From Schizochytrium sp. TIO01 (taxonomy: Eukaryota; Protista; Bigyra: Labyrinthulomycetes): a DNA stretch of 64,000 bases. The stretch is taken from assembly GCA_004764695.1 (NCBI GenBank), contig SMSO01000032.1, forward strand, positions 6,914,483 to 6,978,482. Direction: 5' to 3'. The notes under the pieces are model-generated. The model saw only the letters and a program-made list of their open reading frames with translations, made no database searches and was not told the origin of the DNA. A program made the translations under genes and the position numbers. Shown here one piece after another: positions 1 through 10,479 of the stretch (its first letter is position 1; every line of letters begins with the position of its first letter).

Positions 1-156
1 TAGGGTTTTCCCACAAAAAGACTACCAATTTTAGTAGTTTCCTAGAATTAGAATATTGAGTAAAAGACCCTTAGTCTTTTGCGTTGAGAACGGTTATGAA
101 GAGCATTCCACATTTGGGACTCAATTCACTTACAGAGTATCTGCATAGACATCTGC

Positions 157-1872
157 ATGATGAACCGCGGAGGAGCACGCCGCAGACCTTCGCCTCCCCC
201 TCCCCCGCCCCCACCTCCCTTGCCTATCACGTCTATACACGCTCGGAACAGAACCTCTTCTGTCGCCTCAGCGAATCGTAAAATCGCTGGGACGAAACCC
301 AGAGCGAGATCCTCCTCCTCTTCCTTTTCGCCATCGTCTGCTTCACCTCGAAGAGGCGCTGGGACGCGACGGAGCTCTACGTTGACAACTTCTACTCATG
401 GATCTCGACACGATGCTCGTGAAGACCGGAGTGCCGAGTATATTGATTCGCTAAAAGAACAACTTTCCTACTTGGAGATGGAATGCACGGTGCTCAAAAA
501 TGCCAAGCAGAACTCCAAGGCACACAACAGTAGCAATAGTAGCGTTGTTGGGGCTGGACATACCAGAGGGACATCTGTGATATCATCAAAGTCGTGCGTG
601 GATGACTCAATCTCTGAGCTAACAGAGCGATGCAGACAGCTCGAAGCAGAGCACCGCGCAGAAATGAACCAGCGAGAGGTGCAGCAAGATGAACTCCTAC
701 AGGAAATCTCCGATCTTCGAACAGAAGTTGAGTTTCGCAAAGAAGAACAACGCCTCCTGCGATCCCGCGCTGAAGACATTGCAGGGGAGCGCACCTCTAG
801 TCTTGAGCGTGAGGTAGCGCATTTGTCTCAGGAGCTTACAGAGCAACAAAATGCTAAAGAGCAACTCCAAGCGGCCCTTGCTGCTCAGCTACGTGCTGAA
901 GAGAGATATGCACATGAACGAAAACTCAGGGAGTCAATTGAGTCAGAGCTAACAGAAGAAGTAACAAGACTCCGTGAGCAGCTCGTCTTGGCGAAATCCC
1001 GAGTCACCAACTTGGAGGGCTCTTGCGGTGTCGATCGGGTTCGGCTTGCTGAGCTCGAGACGAAACACACATCTTTTATAAATGAGACAACTGTTTTACA
1101 AGCTCGCACTGAGGCTGCTGAAGATAACGCAAGGCAGTTAAATGGCGAGCTTGCTCGTTCTAGAAACCATCTTCAAAAAGCTCAAGAGAAGGCAGATGCT
1201 CTTTCTGAAGAAAATGACCAACTCGTAGAGACCAACGCTGGCCTCCATGAAACTATACGCAAACTTCAGCACCAGCTGAGTGGCTCTGCTGGACGCGAGA
1301 ACGATGCTAAAGAAAGGTGTGAGGAAGCGTTGCGCCAAGCGTCTACGCAGCAGGTTCAGTATGAGTCGATGAAGATTGAATTGGAAAAGACCAAGGAATT
1401 CATGGAAGGCGAACTTACACGACACAGACATGAAGTAGAGGCCTTTGCGGATGCTCGGGCTCGTATTGATATACTTGAAAACAATTTACGTTCGCTTACT
1501 CATTCTAAAGACGAAGTTGAGGCACAACGGAAACGTCTGGAGGAACACATGTCTATGCTTGTATCTCAGGTTTCTTCGTTGCGTGCACATCTCGATGCTG
1601 CACGTTTAGAAACAAAAAAGGCTGAGGATCGCGCATTACAAGCTGAGCAAGCTCGTGTTTGGGCTCTTCAACGTTCAGACGAGGATAACAAAAACTCCAA
1701 CAGATGCAACGGTGGTGGAGAAGAATTAAAAGTAGCGGAGCACACGGCACCTTTTGACGTTGAACAATTCCAACACTTGATGCAAAGCCAAATTGCAGCA
1801 ACATTGCAGAATTTCATGAAGCAAAACCAACCTCAGTCTATTCAAACAGAAGGTAAAGAGCTTGAAGCCTAA
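157..1872 (+). CDS. Long coiled-coil protein with basic/Pro-rich disordered N-terminus (possibly cytoskeletal/ciliary)
   Basis: 571-aa intron-less ORF with ATG start; E/Q/L/R/K-rich heptad-like sequence over most of its length; no catalytic motif seen. Confidence 0.8.
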   Translation: MMNRGGARRRPSPPPPPPPPPLPITSIHARNRTSSVASANRKIAGTKPRARSSSSSFSPSSASPRRGAGTRRSSTLTTSTHGSRHDAREDRSAEYIDSLKEQLSYLEMECTVLKNAKQNSKAHNSSNSSVVGAGHTRGTSVISSKSCVDDSISELTERCRQLEAEHRAEMNQREVQQDELLQEISDLRTEVEFRKEEQRLLRSRAEDIAGERTSSLEREVAHLSQELTEQQNAKEQLQAALAAQLRAEERYAHERKLRESIESELTEEVTRLREQLVLAKSRVTNLEGSCGVDRVRLAELETKHTSFINETTVLQARTEAAEDNARQLNGELARSRNHLQKAQEKADALSEENDQLVETNAGLHETIRKLQHQLSGSAGRENDAKERCEEALRQASTQQVQYESMKIELEKTKEFMEGELTRHRHEVEAFADARARIDILENNLRSLTHSKDEVEAQRKRLEEHMSMLVSQVSSLRAHLDAARLETKKAEDRALQAEQARVWALQRSDEDNKNSNRCNGGGEELKVAEHTAPFDVEQFQHLMQSQIAATLQNFMKQNQPQSIQTEGKELEA

Positions 1873-2076
1873 GGCGGTTGTGAATGAATAAATTATTCTA
1901 AGTCTCTTGAATTTACAACTCAGAGAAATCGACACAACGGAATACTGAGAAATCAAACTGACCTAAGCTTTAGTTCATCAAAATATAATTCTGGGTAAAT
2001 TTCTTTTTTTATAAAATAAAATCAATGAAGCAATTCCAAAACAAAACAAAACATTCATGATTAGACGGTATTCATG

Positions 2077-3972
2077 TTATATCAGTATTGTGCGCTCAGT
2101 TACTGCAAAGCCAAGAATCCGGAATACTATACGATCAATAAGACCCCCGCGAGCCTCGACACGTGGATCAGGAGTTTCAGTAAGGTATTTTTTGAATAAG
2201 GAAGCAACGAGCTCTTGACTAGCCTTCGAAAAATAAAGCGCTGGACGACAAGCTATTCGCTCGCGGATTATAGTTGCTGTGATTGTTTTAGGAAATACAA
2301 CAGCCTTGTCGAGATGATTCCCTCGTAAGTCGATCAAGTGTAAATATCGATTTGACTGCAGCGTAGAAAAGAGCATTTGCACTGGAAGCAATGAGTCACG
2401 AATTTCTTCCTTATAATGTACTGGTTGTAGCTTATGGAAATGAACAATACTAATTCGTTGCAAAGTGATGCTTCTTAAGAATCTATTTACCATGATCACA
2501 TGGGCCAAGGCCTCCATAGCGCGTATGCAGTCATCTTGAGAAGAGAGAGGATTCCTTGATAAATCAATATGTGCAAATTGCCGTGGTGGAGACTTGGACA
2601 ATGCTGCTCCAATCAGTTCATATGAGGCTGCTGACATGGCATTTCCAGCAAGATTGAGCCGATGTATGCTAGGAGATGTCTTAAGCATCTGACAGATCAG
2701 TGCCATCCCACGGTCTCCAAGATTGTTGTCAGCGAGATTAAGTTCACGCAAAAATTTATGAAGTGCCAAAGGTTTGATAATTACAGCCAACGCATGCGCA
2801 CCAAGTGCGTTCCCCTGCAAATCTAAGTGAACCAGTGACGGGCACGCGCAGATCATGTGCCCAAGTGAGTATGGTGCAGCGCTCAAACGATCGCCCAAAG
2901 CATTGTAGCAAAGTATTATTTTATTCAAGCCACGTGGCCGAGCAAAGCCCTGGTTATTTACAAAAGCCGCAAATGCACCTGGACCCATGTAATTCCGACC
3001 AAGATTTAAGACCCGAAGATCAGGACAGAGCTTAATCAGCTTACTCAAATACTTTGTCGCGTCTGTATTAACCTCGAATGTTGGATTTCCAACGTCATCA
3101 GCACCGGCAAGCTTTCCTCGACCAAGCCAATTTCCATGTATATCAAGCTCAGTGAGGATTTTTGATCCGGCCATGAACATTTTTTGAAAGACTACAGCAA
3201 GTTCTAGTGCTTCCCACTGACTATCGCGTATGCTGAATACACGAAGATGCTCCTGTACCTTCAAGACTTCTCCCAACTGTTGAGCTATATGACGCCTTTC
3301 TTTGTGCCTTTTACGGGGCGGTAGACCACACTTTTCAAAAACAAGAATCTGAGCTTTAATGAATACCTGAAGAGTGGATAATGTGTCAGCTTGTACATTT
3401 TGCCAGCCTTTCATGGAAAGTGAAAAGGGATCTTCCATGGTATGCAGAGTTGCCAAGACATTCCGCAATGGAGTGGGAGGGAGCTGATTGACCTTTTCTA
3501 GCCATGCTGCTGCCTCTTGCTCTCGACGAACCTGCTCTTTGAGTCGTTCCTGCAGTTTTCTTTTCTCCACTTTGCGTTTTTCAAGCTCTGCTTGAAGATC
3601 GGCAAGAGTGGTTGTGCCTTTCCATTGGCGATAAACTCGCTGAATTCGTGAAGCTGCTTGTCGTTTGCGCTTATACAATAGACGGCCTTCATGTTGCCTT
3701 TCTTTATCAATTTTCTCTTCGCATTTAAGAAGATCATTGCGGCGCTTTTCGGAACGCGAGAGAGGCCAGATCTTGCCTTCAGGCATATCGTTGACTACGA
3801 GCTTCGGAAGACTTCCAAGGACAGCGCGATGATCTTGAATAGGTAAAGGCGAAAGCTTTGATTGAGTTGCGCGTGCAAGGGCTACGGGATCTTGCAGAGT
3901 CTTCTGCCTCTGCTCTTTTCGCCATTTTTCTAGCTGGCGCTTTGGCAATCTGTGATGCGAGACCTCTGGCAT
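2077..3972 (-). CDS. IQ motif + RNI-like leucine-rich repeat protein
   Basis: 631-aa ORF; IQ-like AASRIQRVYRQWKG; repeated LRR units (LTELDIHGNWLG, LRVLNLGRNYMG, LVHLDLQGNALG, LRELNLADNNLGDRG, IHRLNLAGNAMS). Confidence 0.85.
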   Translation of the reverse strand: MPEVSHHRLPKRQLEKWRKEQRQKTLQDPVALARATQSKLSPLPIQDHRAVLGSLPKLVVNDMPEGKIWPLSRSEKRRNDLLKCEEKIDKERQHEGRLLYKRKRQAASRIQRVYRQWKGTTTLADLQAELEKRKVEKRKLQERLKEQVRREQEAAAWLEKVNQLPPTPLRNVLATLHTMEDPFSLSMKGWQNVQADTLSTLQVFIKAQILVFEKCGLPPRKRHKERRHIAQQLGEVLKVQEHLRVFSIRDSQWEALELAVVFQKMFMAGSKILTELDIHGNWLGRGKLAGADDVGNPTFEVNTDATKYLSKLIKLCPDLRVLNLGRNYMGPGAFAAFVNNQGFARPRGLNKIILCYNALGDRLSAAPYSLGHMICACPSLVHLDLQGNALGAHALAVIIKPLALHKFLRELNLADNNLGDRGMALICQMLKTSPSIHRLNLAGNAMSAASYELIGAALSKSPPRQFAHIDLSRNPLSSQDDCIRAMEALAHVIMVNRFLRSITLQRISIVHFHKLQPVHYKEEIRDSLLPVQMLFSTLQSNRYLHLIDLRGNHLDKAVVFPKTITATIIRERIACRPALYFSKASQELVASLFKKYLTETPDPRVEARGGLIDRIVFRILGFAVTERTILI

Positions 3973-4674
3973 TTAATATTAGCAAACTCACGACGTTGAA
4001 GAAATGAAAACGTTTTAACTTTCTTTCCTGCTCTCGTTCATCTAGAACTTGCGAACATAATACAAGTTGCCAACTGCTATCGATAAATACATTTACAACA
4101 GTCCTACTCCACGATAATGCTCGCAATCTTGCATGATTTCCGCGCAATTCTGACCGCTCTAACCATTCTAAGCACAGGTGTTCCCAAGCAAGAAATGGTG
4201 TGTACCATCGCTAGGAGATCCTATGATAACTCTAACTGCTCACAGGCTTGTCACGAATGACTCCAGACCTATCAAGGTAAAATAGCGCTGCTCATAAAAA
4301 AAAAAATCAAACTTAGTATAGCAACTCTGCGAATCAAAAAATGAAAGAGAATTTAGAGCGAAATGAATGTTGTAGATCTTCGTTCTCGAAATTTAATGAT
4401 AGAGATATTTAGTAATTCAATCCGCGAGCATGAGAAAACGAACACAGCAGAAAACGAGTACCCAGGTAAATGTGTAAAAGTAATGCAAACGGTGATAGCG
4501 CTGCTGCTACATAAGCTGTACAAAAGAAATTGAGAGTGTTGTAATCAACAAGATAACTATAAAATTAAAAAAAGAGAATGATAAAAGAAAAAGGTAAATG
4601 ATCCGAGGGAAGGAACACATGTAAACGGAAATCGAGCGAATAGTGACGACAACATGCAATGAATGAAGTCAACA

Positions 4675-6315
4675 CTAAGTCGAAGGCTGTGCAGTTCTGG
4701 CAAAATTTCCACTAGTGCGGCGTTCAGAACTAAAGCGACGACTCATACGCCAGTTCTGTGCGTTTTCAGCAAGGCCAGCCGCGCCTTCAGCAAGGCCAGC
4801 CGCGCCCTCAGCAAGCTTGTTACTGGCCAAAGATACCATTGCTGCTACGCCGTCAGTGCAGTTGGCAATGCCATATTCGTCCTCATCCCGCTCAGAATTG
4901 TCAATGTTGTTCACGTCGTCATCATCGCCCGAGCGGCGTTGGCTAGCACGGCGGCTCGACAAACGACTGCTTCTCCTTTTTGATGAGTTGTCATCCAACA
5001 CGCTACTTGCAGACGCGGTGCGGCGAAGGCTAAACATGCGTCGAGAAGAGCGACGGCGGGAGCTGTTAACTTGATCAGCCTCGGGGCTTGCTTCAAGGGC
5101 AGCGTGCATTGTGAACAGGTTATTTTGATTACTAGAGGAGGTTGATTTGGTTTCCTCGTCGCCTTCATCCTGTTGGGTTTGATCCTCTTGTGTTGGTTGC
5201 TCATCATCTTCTGCGTTATCACTATCTCGTTCATTCTCTTCTCGAAGGCTACTTAGAGATGAGCGGTTCAGGCTTTGCACGGTCTGCGATGCAACAGATA
5301 CGTTTTCCTCTTCTTCCTCGTAGTCGTCATAATCTTCAGCCATAGCAGGCATCGACTTTGTCCGCTGCAGCGACAGCTTCCGTAGCAATCGATCTGAAAA
5401 GCGTCGTGTCATGGATGTGCGTGGGGTAGAGGATGTTCTTTTTGCTGCGCGCGCTTTAGCTTCCTCTTGCGCTCGCAATTGGTTCGCACGCCACACCTCC
5501 CCAGCATCGGGGTACCCACACGTGGATTCATAACTCCGCGAGCCTGCTGAAAGAAACTCCATGAGATGAGGTGTCTCCGACGCTGGCGCCGATCTTCCGA
5601 TGTTGCCATGGTTTACTGGCATACCATAAGCAGAAAAGGTCACGTGTTCGTGAATATCATAATGTTCATAATCATCAGGGTTTAGACGCGTACTGTGACG
5701 GTCGTTAAGGCGTCTCCAATGACGCTGGCTCAATTTGGGCTCCTGCTCCGCAAACCTCACTGAGGTTGCCAACCCATTATTGCGAGAGCTTTGTGTGTCC
5801 ATGACAGCTGGCGAGGACGATGATCGGAGAATGTCAAGAATATCGTCACCTGTCCTGGATCTAGGTGTATTAGAACGGGAAAGTGAGAATCTTTCTACAG
5901 CTGCAAGTTGTTCTGGCAATGATCGGGGGAGGTTGGCTAAACTAATAGATTGCCTCATGGATTCTCGCGCAGCTGCCATTTTACGCTGCCAGGCTTGGGC
6001 GCGTTCTACACCTTCTGGGAGTAGATAGATCTGCGATGCATTGTGCTTACCATAAATTAACATTCCTTGCTCTGCGTATTGCACGAGACCATGTCTCTTA
6101 GCCCTCATCAATACACCAGACACTGAGTCTGAGTGGTCTGAGTATTCTTGAAAAAGTTCCCCAAACCCGATCGCAAATGTCGGCATGCCCTCTAGGTCTA
6201 CTTGAGTGCCAAGCTCAAGAATCACCACCAAAGCTTTGGTAATTTCCTTCTCGAAATCTGCTTGCATTTCCTCTAAACGCACTCGTGTTATAGAGCTGAA
6301 ATTTCTCGGCGGCAT
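4675..6315 (-). CDS. Costars (ABRA/ABRACL-type) domain protein with long disordered C-terminal region
   Basis: N-terminal FGELFQEYSDHSDSVSGVLMRAKRHGLVQYAEQGMLIYGKHNASQIYLL matches the Costars pattern (FG.LF..Y...S..V.G.L.RA.K.GLV.F.GE.L.QG.D....I.LL); the remainder is S/R/D/E-rich. Confidence 0.8.
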   Translation of the reverse strand: MPPRNFSSITRVRLEEMQADFEKEITKALVVILELGTQVDLEGMPTFAIGFGELFQEYSDHSDSVSGVLMRAKRHGLVQYAEQGMLIYGKHNASQIYLLPEGVERAQAWQRKMAAARESMRQSISLANLPRSLPEQLAAVERFSLSRSNTPRSRTGDDILDILRSSSSPAVMDTQSSRNNGLATSVRFAEQEPKLSQRHWRRLNDRHSTRLNPDDYEHYDIHEHVTFSAYGMPVNHGNIGRSAPASETPHLMEFLSAGSRSYESTCGYPDAGEVWRANQLRAQEEAKARAAKRTSSTPRTSMTRRFSDRLLRKLSLQRTKSMPAMAEDYDDYEEEEENVSVASQTVQSLNRSSLSSLREENERDSDNAEDDEQPTQEDQTQQDEGDEETKSTSSSNQNNLFTMHAALEASPEADQVNSSRRRSSRRMFSLRRTASASSVLDDNSSKRRSSRLSSRRASQRRSGDDDDVNNIDNSERDEDEYGIANCTDGVAAMVSLASNKLAEGAAGLAEGAAGLAENAQNWRMSRRFSSERRTSGNFARTAQPST

Positions 6316-8640
6316 CTTTCAAAAAGTTTGCAGGATGACGTGGTGTAGTCCCAATGCCCCACCTGTTTCTGTCGTTGGCGCCCCAAATATCTTTCCGTGC
6401 AATGGACTATAAGTTTGTCAAATGCAGTAATGATGAAATTCTGCTTAAAGGCCGATGAGTTTCTTTGGAATTCCACGGCGCTGACCTGCTGATCAACTTG
6501 CCCCCTCGCTCAACTATCTTCGCTCAGGATGCTCTGGGGTCTAATTTGATTGCTCAAAGCCCTCGCTTTGCTTTGCTTCGCCTTTTGTTTCTATAAATTG
6601 TAGAGTAATAACAAGGTCCCTCCTTCCCTCAGCCTCTTCTGGTGCACGTGCGCGCCCCTTTCTCCAGCGCGTGTCGCAGGAGGCCTTTAGGTTGACGTGA
6701 AGTTGCAACGGGCAGTGGCCCTGGTAGTGCACGAGGTCGTTCTAATCCCCCAAACAGACCCGCAAGCACGAGCCTCTGCACCTCGCTCGCCTGCTCGCCG
6801 CCCGCGGCGGTAGTACGTAGCTCGATTCGCGATTGAATGAGTAGTTGACTGAGTGTCATTAATTCTTTTTTAATTAATTTTTTTAATATTTTTATTTTCT
6901 TACTTTGGTAGTAGAATGAGAAAAAACTAGAAAGCATTCAATTGTCAATGGTCAGTTGAAGTAGGAGTAGGGCTACTACTAGGTACCAATGCCTAGACTT
7001 GAACTTGAGCAGCCAGCGTGTAACTTTGCAGGAACAAAACGGGTGACTGCTACTACCAGTCTTCGCATCCAACTAGTAAGCAATATTGGGAAAGTTGCGG
7101 CGAAACACCTACCTTAATCATGTCGGAACGCAGCAGCCGCAGCAGAGAGGCAGCTGCTGCTTTATTTGGGGGCATCTTTTATAAAATAAGAAGTGCTCAG
7201 TCACGGTTTATGATCGCTCTCGATCGCTTTCGCGACAACCACCATCATTCATTCCCATCTCATATACATGTCACTTCATTTATGAAATGTCATAGAATTT
7301 CAATTAATCATTGGTTTATAAATTCATATACCTAGAAGGCCGAAGTGTAGAGGTGATGTCAAGTAGTAATTACGATTCAGCCATCAAAGCTGTAAAAAAA
7401 CAGCTTGAGCTAAAAACGAAGTGTTTGTTAACCTAAGAGGTACGACCTAGGTACCTACTTCCCGTATGAAGGCACGGGCTCCTGCGTCGAAGCAGGGCCC
7501 GCTAGGTCGGTACCTAGTTAGAGCTAGGTCTCAGACCTGGCTTGGAGCATTTCAGGCACGTACCACTGTACGAATCTGCGTTGATTACGATAATTTCTAC
7601 AGCTTCAATTACTTCAGGCAACCACCTGAATCGAGCGCGCACCGCTTCACGTGCCAGTCCACCTTAATCGGGCCCGCGCTGGTCCCTTTTCCCTCCTTCC
7701 TTCTCCAGCTACATTTGTAACCACCTTATCCTGCGCAATCCCATAAGCCCCAAACATGGAAAGAAACAGTCGCCGCCGCGGAAACTCCGGGCCCCTTAAG
7801 GCCGCCTGGTTTTCCCGATGCGGGCGTAGGTCGCCGGGGAGGAGGGCTCCAGCCTGTTTAAGGAGCATAAATGCGCTGGTCCGAAGCGGGGTGTCCCCTT
7901 CGGGGAAACATCGCGACCCCCCAGTTCCCACGAGGAGCGCTGGTCCCCTTTTGGAAAGCAAGCCTTGGCAGGGCAGAGCTCGCTTCCTCCGCCTCGAGGT
8001 CTTCCTCGAGCGTCTGAGCTCGCTCGCTAGCTAGCAGCTGCCTCTCATCCTCCTCTCGATCGTGAAGAACTTGGCTTGATCATCGCCAGCTCCTGAGCAT
8101 TTACCCGACCCGGGTCTTCAATCAATTCTGTCCACTGCTGATTGCTTGGACCTTCATTTTACACATTTTATACATTTTATAAAGCCCATCCTCCAATCCA
8201 TGGCCTCTCGCGCAAGCTGCCTCCGGCTGCTCATGCGTTCAACCGCTTCTTCGACGGCCGCCACACAATTCTGGCGAACTTACGATCGATCACCAATCTC
8301 GATCAAGCATAGCATCGCAATTCGTCGATCGCAGCCTCGACTTCTGCTTCGATTCGGCCCTGAAGGCTCAAGGTCTGTCTGCGCATACTGCCTGCACTGG
8401 CGCTGTCTGTGGAGTCATCAAAGCAGCGGCGGCGCCTCTGCCATTTAGCTATTTAGCTGCTGCTCTGCGTCCCTTCGGCTGCCTTTGCGAGTCGTTCCCA
8501 TCGACGAACGAGCGGCCTCTCTCGTGAACGTTCTGCAGTGAACCAACCGAAGGACGAAGGAAGTGATGGGCAGAGTTTCCAAAACATTCTCTCACTCACT
8601 TGCCACGAAACTCAAACAGAACGCCCTGAGCCTGGCAGCG

Positions 8641-8920
8641 TGTTTGTTTGTTTGTTTGTTTGTTTGTTTGTTTGTTTGTTTGTTTGTTTGTTTGTTTGTT
8701 TGTTTGTTTGTTTGTTTGTTTGTTTGTTTGTTTGTTTGTTTGTTTGTTTGTTTGTTTGTTTGTTTGTTTGTTTGTTTGTTTGTTTGTTTGTTTGTTTGTT
8801 TGTTTGTTTGTTTGTTTGTTTGTTTGTTTGTTTGTTTGTTTGTTTGTTTGTTTGTTTGTTTCTTTGTTTCTTTGTTTCTTTGTTTCTTTGTTTCTTTGTT
8901 TCTTTGTGTGTGTGTGTGTG
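8641..8920. repeat. Compound microsatellite (TTTG)n, ~55 units, grading into (TTTCTTTG)n and (TG)n
   Basis: Read directly from the sequence. Confidence 0.98.
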
Positions 8921-9211
8921 GCAGACAGACCCATGGAGAAGAAGATCACACCACATCAGCAGATTGCATCACGTCACGTTGAAGGAGTATAATGCTCGCT
9001 CACTTACTTGCCTGCTGCGTTTACCACTGAAGCACCATCATAGGAGGCTTGTGGATGATTCTTTGGTGATTCGTTACTCGTGGCCACAACAACTAACAAA
9101 CAGGCGGCTTTGGGACAGTCCTTGCGAGCACTGGCGCATCTTCGCCAATCGACCCAGCTCAGCGCAGGACTTGTCCTCAGGCAAAGAACCAATCAATCCA
9201 TCCAAAGGATT

Positions 9212-9470
9212 GAATGAATGAATGAATCTGATTAAAATGAAATGAATAAATGAATGAATAAATGAATGAATAAATGAATGAATAAATGAATGAATAAATG
9301 AATGAATAAATGAATGAATAAATGAATGAATAAATGAATGAATAAATGAATGAATAAATGAATGAATCTAATTAAAATGAATGAATCAATCGATCAATCA
9401 ACCAATCAATCGAATTAAAATCAATTGAATGAATGATTGCATGAATGAATCAAGCAATCAAGCAATCAAG
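9212..9470. repeat. (GAAT)-based satellite with 12-mer higher-order unit AATGAATAAATG (~10 copies)
   Basis: Read directly from the sequence. Confidence 0.95.
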
Positions 9471-9721
9471 CCCACAACGAACAATTGATTGATGACTCTT
9501 AGCAATTATGGTCATCATGTAAGTGTACCTACTAATATCACGATTGCTCTCAGTTCGACAGGAGCAGGTCATCATCCCATCGCAACCTCAAACTGTCCGC
9601 GCATTCCAAGGTATTAGATAGGTACCTGACGGAATCCAATGAGGCTGCCAACGCCGATGGCTCAATTGCGTCGCGATATTTCTCCAACTGCATCGATTGA
9701 TCTCGCTCAAGATCTTCGCAG

Positions 9722-9937
9722 ACGAGTCAAGTCGAGTCGAGTCAAGTCGAGTCGAGTCAAGTCGAGTCGAGTCGAGTCGAGTGAATGAATGAATGAATGA
9801 ATGAATGAATGAATGAATGAATGAATGAATGAATGAATGAATGAATGAATGAATGAATGAATGAATGAATGAATGAATGAATGAATGAATAAATGAATGA
9901 ATAAATGAATGAATAAATGAATGAATAAATGAATGAA
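9722..9937. repeat. (GAGTC/AAGTC)n pentamer array followed by (GAAT)n and the same 12-mer variant
   Basis: Read directly from the sequence. Confidence 0.95.
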
Positions 9938-10479
9938 CGATGTCCGAATCAACTGAGTGCTCGCAATCGCCCATCGGCCATTCGAAGCCACTGCACTGAA
10001 CGGTCGGAGGACTCGCCGACTTGCAGGGAAAAGGAGCTCCAGCTCAGGTGGACCGACACGAGGATCCAAGATCAGGTCTGGCTTGGAGATGACTTTAGCG
10101 TCACGGACTCGTGCTTGAGCCCAGGTATTCGACGCACTAGGCAGAGAACCAGATCCTCGCTGAGCTCCTGCTGTTGGAATCCCTTTTTCACGAGATTATT
10201 GGCACCCTTTAAAGTAAGCCGCACTAGACAAGTTCACGATGGGCAGAGAGAGATTGGATAGCTTCAAAGCGCTTCAGGGCGGCGTCGGCCTTGATGACGA
10301 CGGAGAACATGAACAAGAACAAGAATCGTTTTTGCTTTTCTTAAACTTTACTATTATCTTTCTTCTCAAGCTAGAGGCCTCATAAATAAGTAGGGAAACA
10401 GAAAGAACGGTAGAACCTTTGTAACCTCCAAATAGTAACTAGGTAGTGTTAATTTCCACATAAATGGTATATTGTGAAG

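Noticed and set aside
6430-6492. C/D box snoRNA-like arrangement (ATGATGA...CTGA) with TGGAATTCCACGGC resembling the complement of an 18S rRNA segment
   Set aside because: Guide complementarity is imperfect, there is no terminal stem, and it lies in the upstream region of the Costars gene
7720-7990. RNase MRP/P or SRP RNA (GGGGCTTA on the minus strand; hairpins)
   Set aside because: No matching GAAAGUCCCC-type partner for P4 and no SRP helix 8 motif found; kept only as a generic structured segment
8538-10069. ORFs with FVCL, NKQT, HSFI and LDSTR repeats
   Set aside because: Translations of microsatellites, not proteins
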